64,000 bases of DNA from assembly GCA_903855995.1 (NCBI GenBank), contig CAIOAN010000013.1:78875-142874 (forward strand). Direction: 5' to 3'. A program made the translations under genes and the position numbers. Source of the DNA: an uncultured Opitutia bacterium. GTDB lineage: Bacteria; Verrucomicrobiota; Verrucomicrobiia; Opitutales; UBA953. Below are positions 28,855 through 37,857 of the stretch, one piece after another (position 1 is the first letter of the stretch; every line of letters starts with the position of its first letter). The notes beneath the pieces were generated by a model, which had not been told where the DNA came from, did no database searches, and worked only from the letters and a program-made list of their open reading frames with translations.

Positions 28855-30603
28855 TCAGGAGATAAAGCCTTCGATACCCGCGCCTCCGGTAAGGAGGGTG
28901 CGATCTAGTAAGGCGTTGAATAGTTCGCAGGATGTTTCGGGCAGCAGGCCGCAACAATGACAGGCGGCTAGATTCATACCCTCGGTACCCTGCCCTTGCT
29001 CAGGCGAAGTCTCCGAGCATAGCGGGTCGTTGGAACACCACTTGGCGGCCTCCAGAGCCTTGTCGAGCAGGCCTGCCAGGCGTTCGGGGCTGCCCTGACG
29101 GACTAAGCCACCGAGACTGCCTTCGGAGTCTGAGGATGAGGTGTAAATCAAGATGCCTAAGCGCTGCTGACCCTCCTCAGCACCCTTCAGGCAGTATAGG
29201 CGCTCACGAATGGATGAAGCAGAATAGCCGGACTCCATCGCGAGCTCGTTGATCAGCATATGAGACAAGGTATGAAGCACGATCACCTGCGGCGAAGCCG
29301 GCAACTCTGTTCGCTGAATGATCCGGCTATCCTTGGCCTTGTGCAGGACATGCTTAAGACGGGTTTCCAACGCTGCCTTATTCTTGGCAACCCAATCGTT
29401 CATATGCTGTGACTTGAACTCCAGGAAGATTCCTTCGCCGCGAACCTCATTGGCAGGTAGCCATTTTTTCCCATCCGCCTCAAGCTTCAGTTCGCGGATA
29501 AGATTATCATCAAGAGGATATTCGATTCGACTGAAACCTACCTGGGCTGTGACCATGCGAAGTCGCTTAACCAAAGTAACCGACTTAAGCCAATGGGCAT
29601 GCTGTTCAGGGACGACGTCAATCTTCTCAGCCATGAATTGGTCACGGAACGTGCCACTCTGAGGCGGGCGAGAAAGCGCCGCAAATTCGTCGATCTTGAT
29701 GTCAATGTCTGCCTCCTGGCCGGAAACCTCGGCACGCTTCTTTTGAAGTGCTTCGGTTAGTTCAGCGGGAGTAAGATTATGCTTAGGAGCAAGGTGAGTT
29801 ACATTAAGGCGAAAAAGGTCATCGGCGGGATCCAGATCCTTAAACATCCCCCAAAGGGCGTTCGCCACCATGTGAACATGCCCAGAATACGGCGGGATGG
29901 AGACGGCGCTCTCCCGGATCGGGAAGTAAACATTCGTAGCACCACGCTGGAGCACCTTAACAGTCTGACCACATTCCTCCTTCTCTCCCGCCACCCTCCA
30001 TGGAGTACCCCCCTGGCAGCCGTTCATGTCGACGCTCTTTAGAGCTGCTGGCATGAGGACATCGCCCAGATCCCGGGAAGACCCACATTGACAGACTACG
30101 CGCATATCCGCGAAGGACGTGGAATTATTCGTCGAAACCAAGGTAAGTTTACCATTCCCCTCCGGGGTGCTACACGGCCGATCTGTGTGCGCCCAACGGA
30201 ACCACGGAAAATCATCGATGTGTCCCGCCGGACAGGCGACTACAATACGCGAGGGGAGTAACTGCTGGCCGGCACAATTCCGTCCAGGGCATTTCTTAAC
30301 GCTCTGAATGGGGCCAAAGTCAGCAAGCTTAGCCAGGGCGTTGCATGATGGGCAGTAAGCCCAAGATGGGAAGCGGCGGGCCGGTACCGAGGCGGAGGTG
30401 ACAAACTTGTCATCAGCAGGGACTGGAGTCAGCAGCCGGTCCACCTTGAGGCGACGCACTAGTCGCGGCTCTTCAACCTCCATGAGCTTAGAGGAATCCC
30501 AACTGCTTTCGGAAATCATCAGCGACATCCCCGGCGCGTCAAAAATCGCACCGATACCGAAGGTCTCGGTCAGTTGCGGACGGCGAATCTTAATGGTGCT
30601 CAT
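28855..30603 (-). CDS. DUF1998-domain protein (DrmB-like)
   Basis: Start at the Met at 30603 (MSTIKIRRPQLTETFG). Zinc-ribbon Cys pairs CPSCN...CPGRNC, HIDDFPW, and the C-terminal DUF1998 signature ACHCCGLLPETSCELFNALLDRTLL. Confidence 0.75.
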   Translation of the reverse strand: MSTIKIRRPQLTETFGIGAIFDAPGMSLMISESSWDSSKLMEVEEPRLVRRLKVDRLLTPVPADDKFVTSASVPARRFPSWAYCPSCNALAKLADFGPIQSVKKCPGRNCAGQQLLPSRIVVACPAGHIDDFPWFRWAHTDRPCSTPEGNGKLTLVSTNNSTSFADMRVVCQCGSSRDLGDVLMPAALKSVDMNGCQGGTPWRVAGEKEECGQTVKVLQRGATNVYFPIRESAVSIPPYSGHVHMVANALWGMFKDLDPADDLFRLNVTHLAPKHNLTPAELTEALQKKRAEVSGQEADIDIKIDEFAALSRPPQSGTFRDQFMAEKIDVVPEQHAHWLKSVTLVKRLRMVTAQVGFSRIEYPLDDNLIRELKLEADGKKWLPANEVRGEGIFLEFKSQHMNDWVAKNKAALETRLKHVLHKAKDSRIIQRTELPASPQVIVLHTLSHMLINELAMESGYSASSIRERLYCLKGAEEGQQRLGILIYTSSSDSEGSLGGLVRQGSPERLAGLLDKALEAAKWCSNDPLCSETSPEQGQGTEGMNLAACHCCGLLPETSCELFNALLDRTLLTGGAGIEGFIS

Positions 30604-30611
30604 CTGGGTAA

Positions 30612-33600
30612 TTATCTGGAAAGGACTGAGATACCACACATCGCATCGACGTTGCGCATCTGGTTCATCGTGGGGAATTCGTTAGTGGGCTCGGTAAGTA
30701 ATGCGGTCTGCGCCTCAAAAGACACCAAAAGGTTACCGGCCGCGTCAGCGTTTCCAGAATACCAAAGACCTGCGGTGTACTCGGCCACCTTACCCGCCCA
30801 ACGATCAATGATCGAATCCAGATGCCGCTCGATGTCCTCGGCTTCCGAGGGGTCCTGGCGCGTGAAGCGGTCAAGCAGGTAAGCCCTGATGGCTTGAACC
30901 TCAGGCATACTAGGATCGAAGGCCCCCGCCCCCTTAGGTCCGGCAAGGGCTCTAACAGTATGGCGGGCGATAATGACGAAGGCTGCATGGAGTGCACGCT
31001 CACGAGCACGAGAGGCAAAAGGAGTTACACTGGTGGCCTCGACCTCGGCGTAGAAGCTTCCGTGATAGCGCTGAAAATGCTCGTAGAATGATCGATCTCG
31101 GGAGCGGTTCGGACTGTAGAGCATGAAAACGAGGCCGGGATACTTACGGCCTACTCGGCTGGAAGCTTGAATATACTCGGCCGTGGTCTTGGGCTGTCCG
31201 AGCATGAACATCAGGCTGAGTCGTGGGATATCTAGGCCAACCGAGATCATGTTCGAGCACAGCACCGAGTCGACGGCCGTGCCAGCATCGAGACTGTTGC
31301 CCAATTGGGAGCGCGTGGAGACGAGACCCTGTTCATCGACTCGGCTGGTAAGTTCAAGAGGGCTAGCGGGATTGCGGGCGCCCTTTGAACTGGGAAGGCT
31401 GCCCAAGGCCTGAATCAAGGAGCGCACATCGTCCTGCACCCTCACGATAGCACCGCCAAGGTCACGCAAGCTACAGAAGTAGCCGACCGTGGTCCAATAG
31501 GGATCCTTTACCGCAGGAGCAGCGTCAAGTTCCTTGGCGCCCTGTAACATCACGCCTGCCGACTTGATCATGATACCCTGGGTCGTCTTGTTAGCACCGA
31601 ACATACCCACGTAACGTCGCGATTTTGTCACACCTGCAGCTCCGCTCAGTTCACGAGCGAAGAAGGAGTCGCGCGAGTCGATATAGGGAGGAGGAAACTG
31701 GATGACTTCACGGTCAAACAGATTGATGACTTGGCGGCCCGCATTTCGGATGGTCGCGGTTGACGCGATCACCTTCGGCCGGACTCCGTCAGCGGACTCG
31801 CATAGCTTATCGATGGCGGCCTCATAGAGGCCTGAGATTGTGCCCAGAGGTCCGCTCACCAGATGCAACTCATCTTGGATCACCAGATCAGGCTTCATGT
31901 TCGCACCGTCGGTAGCGAACAAGTTTCCCGCTTCCTGCCTGAACGCGAGTTGAGCAAACTTATCAAGCGTACCGATGATCAATGATGGCCGAGCCGCGAA
32001 CACCTCGTCATCCGCGACATGGACTGGAATATCGTTTTTGAAATCGCACGCCTGATTCGGACAGGGCAAGGCGATACGCTTTAAACGCATCTCAACACGG
32101 TAATTGGCTGGCGTGATCGTCGTGTTACACCAAGGACAAGACACCAGCTTACAAGGACTGCCCTTGCCGTCCATGGGCATCCCGCGCTGGACGTTATTCA
32201 AAGCCTTCCTGGCTTCGTCGAAATTATTTGGGGTCGAACCACCGCCCACATACATACCGATGCTGATCTTGGGGGTTCCTCGAAGTCGTGCGTGAGTATT
32301 TCGCACATGTTCAGCAGCACAGATCATGCGTGAAGCACGGACAAACTGATCTACCGTAAGAAGGCGAAGCGTGTAACGCATCATCACGGCGACACCGCCG
32401 GCAGAAGCCGCCCCGCCAAGCGGCTTAAGGCGACGATAGAATAGTGTGAATGCGGTCAGAAGAAGGTAGGCCTCCGTCTTGCCGCCGCCCGTCGGGAACC
32501 ACAGCAAGTCACACAGTTTACGATCCGAACCTTGGCGGTTCGTAATACTCGTCAGACATTGCAGGACAAACGCGAGCTGGAACGGACGCCAATTGCATTC
32601 GGCAACCGGCTTAGCCTGGGTCTCGTCGTAGGGCACGCCTGCAGCCTTGTCTCGCTCCCATTCCGAGCGTCGCATGACCTCAAGCATCACCTTATTCGCC
32701 AAGGTGAAGGCGAGAAGTGCGTCCGCATCGCCGCGTAGGGCTTCAATTCCAGCCGAGATCCGAGCAACTGAAGACGTGCAGCGGGCATACTGCGCATCCG
32801 CGACATCGCGGAACTCTTCCGGGACCCCACCGCTCCGAGTAGCACGCGTCTCCTCGATCCATGCGGCATACTTAGCGGGAATCTCGGAAAGCAAAGCGAG
32901 CGCAGCAACCGTGTCATCGGCGGCCAACACACCCATGTTAAGATTGGCCGTGCGATCCGTAGGCGCCACGAGCGGCAAGACGTCCGCATACGGCAGGAAC
33001 TCTGCCCTAATCTTGCTTGGGGCGAGCTCGCCGGGCAGCCAGGATGCCGCGCAGCCATGGCCGATGGCGTATTCCTTGCTGTGTAGGTGAAGCAGCAGGG
33101 CTTCCTTACGGTCGGCATCCATGCCGGTAATCCCGCGAGAGGGACGTTCCACGAAGACCCCAGCTGAAAGGGAAACCTCCATGTTCACCTGGAAGAAGGA
33201 CAGCCTCGTCACATTGACGTGATTACCAGAGTCGCTGAAAAGGCTATTCACCAATGAAACCGTGACAGTGCGTGTGCCGTCTACCGGCTCTCGGACTAAT
33301 ACGCGCAGGACGGCATCGGAGGGCATTCCATCCTTTTGCAGGTATGACTCGCTTCCAGCCGACCCACAGGGCACGTCGAAGGAAAATGCCATAGGCTCTC
33401 GCGTCCAGGAGCAGTCACGACCATCGGCAGAGGATTCCCCTTGCCGATAACGGCCGAAGCCACCCGCGACCTTGATCATCAGGATATCGGCAGGCACCGT
33501 GAACGTGATACCACAGCTAGATTGCTTGCGGATCTTATTGGAGGCCTCACGAGCGGCCCCATCACCGGACCCTTCGTCGGGGCCATCATACTTCTCACCA

Positions 33601-33806
33601 TGCCCGGTCTCGGTCACCTCGCTCGCATCGGGCGGCAGGTCGTCCGGAAGTTGCGGGTAGAGCGTACCCGTGAGGTATTCATTGCTCGGCTTGAAACGAC
33701 GGGTGAGCGAGATGATCTCGGCTTCGCCTTCGGCTGGACCCACCAGGTGCTTACGGAAATAGGCAAGAAGTTCGTCCCGACATTCGGAGGCGTTCTGTAG
33801 AGGCAT
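30612..33806 (-). CDS. large SF2 DEAD/DEAH-type helicase with ~430-aa unknown N-terminal region (DrmA-like)
   Basis: 1064 aa. Motif I LWFPTGGGKTEAYL, motif II VIQDELHLVSGPLG, motif VI QASSRVGR. Immediately upstream of the DUF1998 gene. Confidence 0.75.
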   Translation of the reverse strand: MPLQNASECRDELLAYFRKHLVGPAEGEAEIISLTRRFKPSNEYLTGTLYPQLPDDLPPDASEVTETGHGEKYDGPDEGSGDGAAREASNKIRKQSSCGITFTVPADILMIKVAGGFGRYRQGESSADGRDCSWTREPMAFSFDVPCGSAGSESYLQKDGMPSDAVLRVLVREPVDGTRTVTVSLVNSLFSDSGNHVNVTRLSFFQVNMEVSLSAGVFVERPSRGITGMDADRKEALLLHLHSKEYAIGHGCAASWLPGELAPSKIRAEFLPYADVLPLVAPTDRTANLNMGVLAADDTVAALALLSEIPAKYAAWIEETRATRSGGVPEEFRDVADAQYARCTSSVARISAGIEALRGDADALLAFTLANKVMLEVMRRSEWERDKAAGVPYDETQAKPVAECNWRPFQLAFVLQCLTSITNRQGSDRKLCDLLWFPTGGGKTEAYLLLTAFTLFYRRLKPLGGAASAGGVAVMMRYTLRLLTVDQFVRASRMICAAEHVRNTHARLRGTPKISIGMYVGGGSTPNNFDEARKALNNVQRGMPMDGKGSPCKLVSCPWCNTTITPANYRVEMRLKRIALPCPNQACDFKNDIPVHVADDEVFAARPSLIIGTLDKFAQLAFRQEAGNLFATDGANMKPDLVIQDELHLVSGPLGTISGLYEAAIDKLCESADGVRPKVIASTATIRNAGRQVINLFDREVIQFPPPYIDSRDSFFARELSGAAGVTKSRRYVGMFGANKTTQGIMIKSAGVMLQGAKELDAAPAVKDPYWTTVGYFCSLRDLGGAIVRVQDDVRSLIQALGSLPSSKGARNPASPLELTSRVDEQGLVSTRSQLGNSLDAGTAVDSVLCSNMISVGLDIPRLSLMFMLGQPKTTAEYIQASSRVGRKYPGLVFMLYSPNRSRDRSFYEHFQRYHGSFYAEVEATSVTPFASRARERALHAAFVIIARHTVRALAGPKGAGAFDPSMPEVQAIRAYLLDRFTRQDPSEAEDIERHLDSIIDRWAGKVAEYTAGLWYSGNADAAGNLLVSFEAQTALLTEPTNEFPTMNQMRNVDAMCGISVLSR

Positions 33807-33837
33807 TTATAAAATAAATAGAAAACGTACTACCAAC

Positions 33838-35670
33838 TCAAGGCCAGACCGCCTTGGCTAAGCCTTCGATCTCGACGTAACACCAGAGCAGACTGGCAGC
33901 CACTTCGGGCGGAAGGCCTTCCATCGATTCACAGTCACCAGGAGTGGTCGTATAGATACCCCGCACCCAGCAGCCCTCCAGTCGGACCGGGAGAGGGAAA
34001 TCCTTGCCCCACCCCTGGATTGATTGACGGGTCGCCTGGAGATCCCGGGAAAACCACGACGACATCTCCCCCACCTTTAGCCCCGATGAGCGATGAATCA
34101 TCGAATAGATAGCGGCCGCGCCCTCTTCCCTAGACGGTCCGAGCACTAGATCGACGATTTCCCCACGATTGCAGAGTTCCGTCAACTTTGACTGTGCTGA
34201 AGCAGCGGCTTCCAGGGAGGGGAACCTCACGAATGACACCGGATCGACATCACCCTGAACCCCGACCTCGAAGGCCTTGATCCCCATACCGCTGCCCATA
34301 TACATGCACTCTGCCCATCGATCGCTCTTCTTGGATTTACGAAGCAAAGGGGCTACCCCGCCATCTATTCTGAAATTTCTGACCTTAGCCCGTGACATAC
34401 CTACGAACCGCATACGCTGATAATACCCAGGGGTAGGCTCTTCCTGGCCCTTCCATGGCACGTAATCGACGTACGCGACCTCATCGAACTCACGGCCCTT
34501 CGAACGATGGATAGTAGAAAAAACGATCGGGTTGTAAGACCTGTCGGGGGCGGGAAGCGGCACAAACTGTTGGGCACGATTCAGGGCAATCACGATATCC
34601 CGGACCTTCGGATTATTCTTCCCACTAAAACAAGCGCGCCTCAAAGCAAGATGGGCGTCAGCAGCGGAAACGCCGGAAGGAAGCCGTAAGCTCAGCTCCC
34701 CTTCCAGGAGTTCCAGGTTGATTTCTGTAGCCTGAGGTTTCCCGAATAACAGCCGCCCCACCCAGGCAGGATGGGCCCAGTCACGCTCCCCTCGGGCGAT
34801 GACGACGGCTTCGCCGGCCAGGATAGATCGGCTAGCGGAAAGTAAGATCTGACCATTATTCGGACAGACCACGGCGCGGGATTGGCCGCGATCAGGGGTC
34901 GGCCAGGAAAGAGCCGCCAACGAGCCGCCAGCCTGGGATTGCGCCAGGGCGGAGTCCAAACCCGCCTTGGCTGCTTCGTGCTCCCCATCGACCAAAGAAG
35001 CCCAAGGGAGCGTGCAGAGCTCGACTAAGCTCGGGTCGCTTGAGCGGTAGTAGTTGTTAAGTCTATGAATCTGGACTGCCGAAGGTAGCTCGCGACACTC
35101 GAAAACGTTCAGCATTTCAAGCGAAGTGGTCAGGGCATCGTTGTCTAGCAGGCTGAAGTCATAGATCGCCTGAGCTGAATCTGCGAAAACCGTGAATCCA
35201 GCCTGAGGCATCTGGCCGAACAGTGTCGTCATCATGTCCGCCCGAGGGCCGATGATGTCCTGTGCTTCGTCGACTAATACGTGCTTATACTGAGTCACAC
35301 CGCAAGCATCGGGATCGTCTTCAAGGTCACGAATAGCGCGGATGACACGCTCATCATAGGTGCCTGTGTTTTCACCACTTGCCTGCTGAAGCACCAAGCT
35401 CGCAAAAGAATCGAGGGTGCGGATCGTGACCGCCGCGGCATTCGACTGTTCGTCCAGTAGCCCGATACGGCGCTTCAGTTCGTCCCGGGCGGCCCGGGAG
35501 AACGAAAGCACCAGCAACTCGCCTGGCAAGCACTGCCCCGAGTCGACGAGTTGGGCAATACGTGAGACCAGGACGTGGGTCTTCCCCCGGCCAGGACCTG
35601 CCTGCACGACGATATTGGCGTCAATCGGGGCATCGACGACCGCTTGCTGCTCGGAGTCTAGGGGCATCAT
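33838..35670 (-). CDS. UvrD/Rep-type SF1 helicase with ~170-aa unknown C-terminal domain
   Basis: 610 aa. Motifs VQAGPGRGKTHVL, HVLVDEAQD, TIHRSKGREFD, FVGMSRAK. Confidence 0.8.
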   Translation of the reverse strand: MMPLDSEQQAVVDAPIDANIVVQAGPGRGKTHVLVSRIAQLVDSGQCLPGELLVLSFSRAARDELKRRIGLLDEQSNAAAVTIRTLDSFASLVLQQASGENTGTYDERVIRAIRDLEDDPDACGVTQYKHVLVDEAQDIIGPRADMMTTLFGQMPQAGFTVFADSAQAIYDFSLLDNDALTTSLEMLNVFECRELPSAVQIHRLNNYYRSSDPSLVELCTLPWASLVDGEHEAAKAGLDSALAQSQAGGSLAALSWPTPDRGQSRAVVCPNNGQILLSASRSILAGEAVVIARGERDWAHPAWVGRLLFGKPQATEINLELLEGELSLRLPSGVSAADAHLALRRACFSGKNNPKVRDIVIALNRAQQFVPLPAPDRSYNPIVFSTIHRSKGREFDEVAYVDYVPWKGQEEPTPGYYQRMRFVGMSRAKVRNFRIDGGVAPLLRKSKKSDRWAECMYMGSGMGIKAFEVGVQGDVDPVSFVRFPSLEAAASAQSKLTELCNRGEIVDLVLGPSREEGAAAIYSMIHRSSGLKVGEMSSWFSRDLQATRQSIQGWGKDFPLPVRLEGCWVRGIYTTTPGDCESMEGLPPEVAASLLWCYVEIEGLAKAVWP

Positions 35671-35780
35671 CCCACTTCATACTTTTCTTAAGAACGCACA
35701 AGGGGGAAGTAACTGGCCAGTGGAACTCGCAGGAATAAGGCAATCCATGAGCTTGACGGCAGCTATCCAGGTGGCAGCTT

Positions 35781-37181
35781 ATGGGCATGCCCAAAACCTT
35801 CATCGACCTCTTCGCCGGCATCGGCGGGTTCCATTGGGCGTTGAAGGGCCTCGGCTACGACTGCCTGCTAGCCGTCGAGAAAGACGAGGCTGCCCAAGAG
35901 ATTTACGGGAGGAACTTCAAAGAAAAAATCCGAAAAGGTAAGTCGACCCTCAATAAACTCATCGGAGACATTCGTTCACTTACAAGGAGCAACCCAGAGG
36001 ACGAAGACACAGAAATCATGCCCCACAAAATCGCCGCTAGATTTAAAGATGAGTTTAAAATCGAAGTAGGAGATGTCGGAGTAATCTGCGGAGGCTTCCC
36101 CTGCCAGCCCTTCTCTAAATCTGGGGCCCAAAAGGGCGACAAGGATGCAACCCGAGGAACGCTTTTCCATGACATCTTACTACTTACGGAAGCCCTTAAG
36201 CCTGAATACCTAATCCTGGAGAATGTGCGCAACTTTGCCGGAGACAATCACAAGCACACACTAGAAATCATCGTCAGCAGAATCGAGACCTTAGGTTATG
36301 ACATAGAGAAGAAACCAATCACACTATCACCCCACCAGCTTCCTGAAAACAAGGGAAGCCCGCAAGTCCGAGACCGGGTCTTCATCCTAGCTCGCAAGAA
36401 AGAACTGAAGTCAGGTGCTGCGCCAATCGAAGTCGCTAAACACATCGATTTCATAAAAAAAGAGGATAAGCCAAACTGGGACGCCAGTTCAATCTTAGGA
36501 GCACGCGCAAGCGATAAGTATAAACTGAGCAAAGCAGAGAAATCCTGGCTGAGAATCTGGGAGGAGTTCCTCAAACTGACCCACGACATCGAGCTGCCAG
36601 GACACCCTATATGGTCCGATGTTTTTGGCAATCCTCCCGTGATCACTGATGAGATGCCAGAGTGGGAAAGAAATTTCCTCAAAGGTAATCACAAGTTATA
36701 CCTGAAACTCACCAAGGACCCTAAACGCCGCAAAGCAATCGGGGGCTGGCTAGCCAAACTCCACAAAGAAAGGAAGAATTCCGAAGGAGAATTTGTCAGA
36801 ATCATTCCGACCTCACGCAGAAAATTCGAGTGGCAGGCAAACCGCGCCTTCAAAGACGGCGAAAAAAGGACCTTGAAGAGACTTCTGATCCAGTTCCGGC
36901 CAAGCGGAATTCGCGTTAAGCCTGCGACCCACTACCCTGCCCTGGTCGCTATGACTCAAACCACTATTGTTGGCCCATTGGCGGGATCAAAAAAACCCAG
37001 GCCAGACTATAGATACATAACGCCCAAGGAGGCGGCCAAGCTCCAAGGCATGTACCATATTAAATTTGGACGACAGGCTGATACCTTGAGTTACAAACAG
37101 TTAGGAAACGCGGTGAATGTCAAAGTCATCAAATACCTGGCGGAGAGGCTTACGGGCGCAGTTCCCTGCGAAACTCCATAG
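35781..37181 (+). CDS. DNA (cytosine-5)-methyltransferase
   Basis: 466 aa. Motif I FIDLFAGIGGF, motif IV GGFPCQPFS, motif VI LILENVRNF, motif X QLGNAV. Confidence 0.9.
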   Translation: MGMPKTFIDLFAGIGGFHWALKGLGYDCLLAVEKDEAAQEIYGRNFKEKIRKGKSTLNKLIGDIRSLTRSNPEDEDTEIMPHKIAARFKDEFKIEVGDVGVICGGFPCQPFSKSGAQKGDKDATRGTLFHDILLLTEALKPEYLILENVRNFAGDNHKHTLEIIVSRIETLGYDIEKKPITLSPHQLPENKGSPQVRDRVFILARKKELKSGAAPIEVAKHIDFIKKEDKPNWDASSILGARASDKYKLSKAEKSWLRIWEEFLKLTHDIELPGHPIWSDVFGNPPVITDEMPEWERNFLKGNHKLYLKLTKDPKRRKAIGGWLAKLHKERKNSEGEFVRIIPTSRRKFEWQANRAFKDGEKRTLKRLLIQFRPSGIRVKPATHYPALVAMTQTTIVGPLAGSKKPRPDYRYITPKEAAKLQGMYHIKFGRQADTLSYKQLGNAVNVKVIKYLAERLTGAVPCETP

Positions 37182-37791
37182 CCTGGATGCCACGGAGGTG
37201 CAGGATTTTGTGGCAAGAAGGGCACACGGCGACGAACTCCTTGGCCGACGGCAAACGGCTAACAGACTTAAGGTAGGCCATGGTACAATGTGCCTCGAGT
37301 ACGGGGTGGCCTAACCGCACCCCAGGGCTATCGCCGCAGCAGTAGCAGGCGGCATCAATCCCAAGATCAGGCCCCGCGGGAGGCTCGCGCTCGGTCCTCA
37401 GATGTCCGGCCAAGCCAGCACGGCCTAGCTGAGAGTTGGGCAAGTCCGCCCCTTCCTGGACCACCACTGCCCGAAAAGAGTCAAACCTAGCCAAGATTGC
37501 ATCAAACCAGCGATTCGTGACACGGGCCCCACGGGCAGTCATGGTGCGTTCGTCAAAAGGAATGGCCGTATAATTACAGATCAGCTGGCATAAGCCAACC
37601 TTGTCCCGGATGCCGGCCAGCTCCCCGGGGACTCCGACGGCCTGGGCCACTTCCCGGAAGAACTCCTTGGTCACCTGTCCACCCCGGGAGACATGGCCCG
37701 CTTTGACGGTGATGCCGAGCAAGTCAGCCAGGACAACCAGTCGGGTGCGGGGGCGTTCTTTCCTCATTCTCGTAGAACCACCCTGCCCCAT
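37150..37791 (-). CDS. HNH-type endonuclease-like protein (C-terminal Cys4/HNH module), N-terminal domain unknown
   Basis: 213 aa. Motifs CYCCG ... LEAHC ... CPSCHKILH. GC visibly higher than either neighbour (hand-counted line 67% against 42% in the methylase). Its 3' end overlaps the methylase 3' end by 32 nt, convergent. Confidence 0.5.
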   Translation of the reverse strand: MGQGGSTRMRKERPRTRLVVLADLLGITVKAGHVSRGGQVTKEFFREVAQAVGVPGELAGIRDKVGLCQLICNYTAIPFDERTMTARGARVTNRWFDAILARFDSFRAVVVQEGADLPNSQLGRAGLAGHLRTEREPPAGPDLGIDAACYCCGDSPGVRLGHPVLEAHCTMAYLKSVSRLPSAKEFVAVCPSCHKILHLRGIQAMEFRRELRP

Positions 37792-37857
37792 ATCTTATAT
37801 TAGACAATATCTTTACAGCCCCCTTAGGCGGGATAGACAGGAACACCCCATACACCC

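Noticed and set aside
28855-33806. Alternative assignment of the helicase + DUF1998 pair to Druantia (DruE) or MrfAB-type repair.
   Set aside because: In DruE and MrfA the DUF1998 domain is fused to the helicase, whereas here it is a separate 580-aa zinc-ribbon protein as in DrmB. The adjacent methylase favours a DISARM-like reading. This remains unverified without profile searches.
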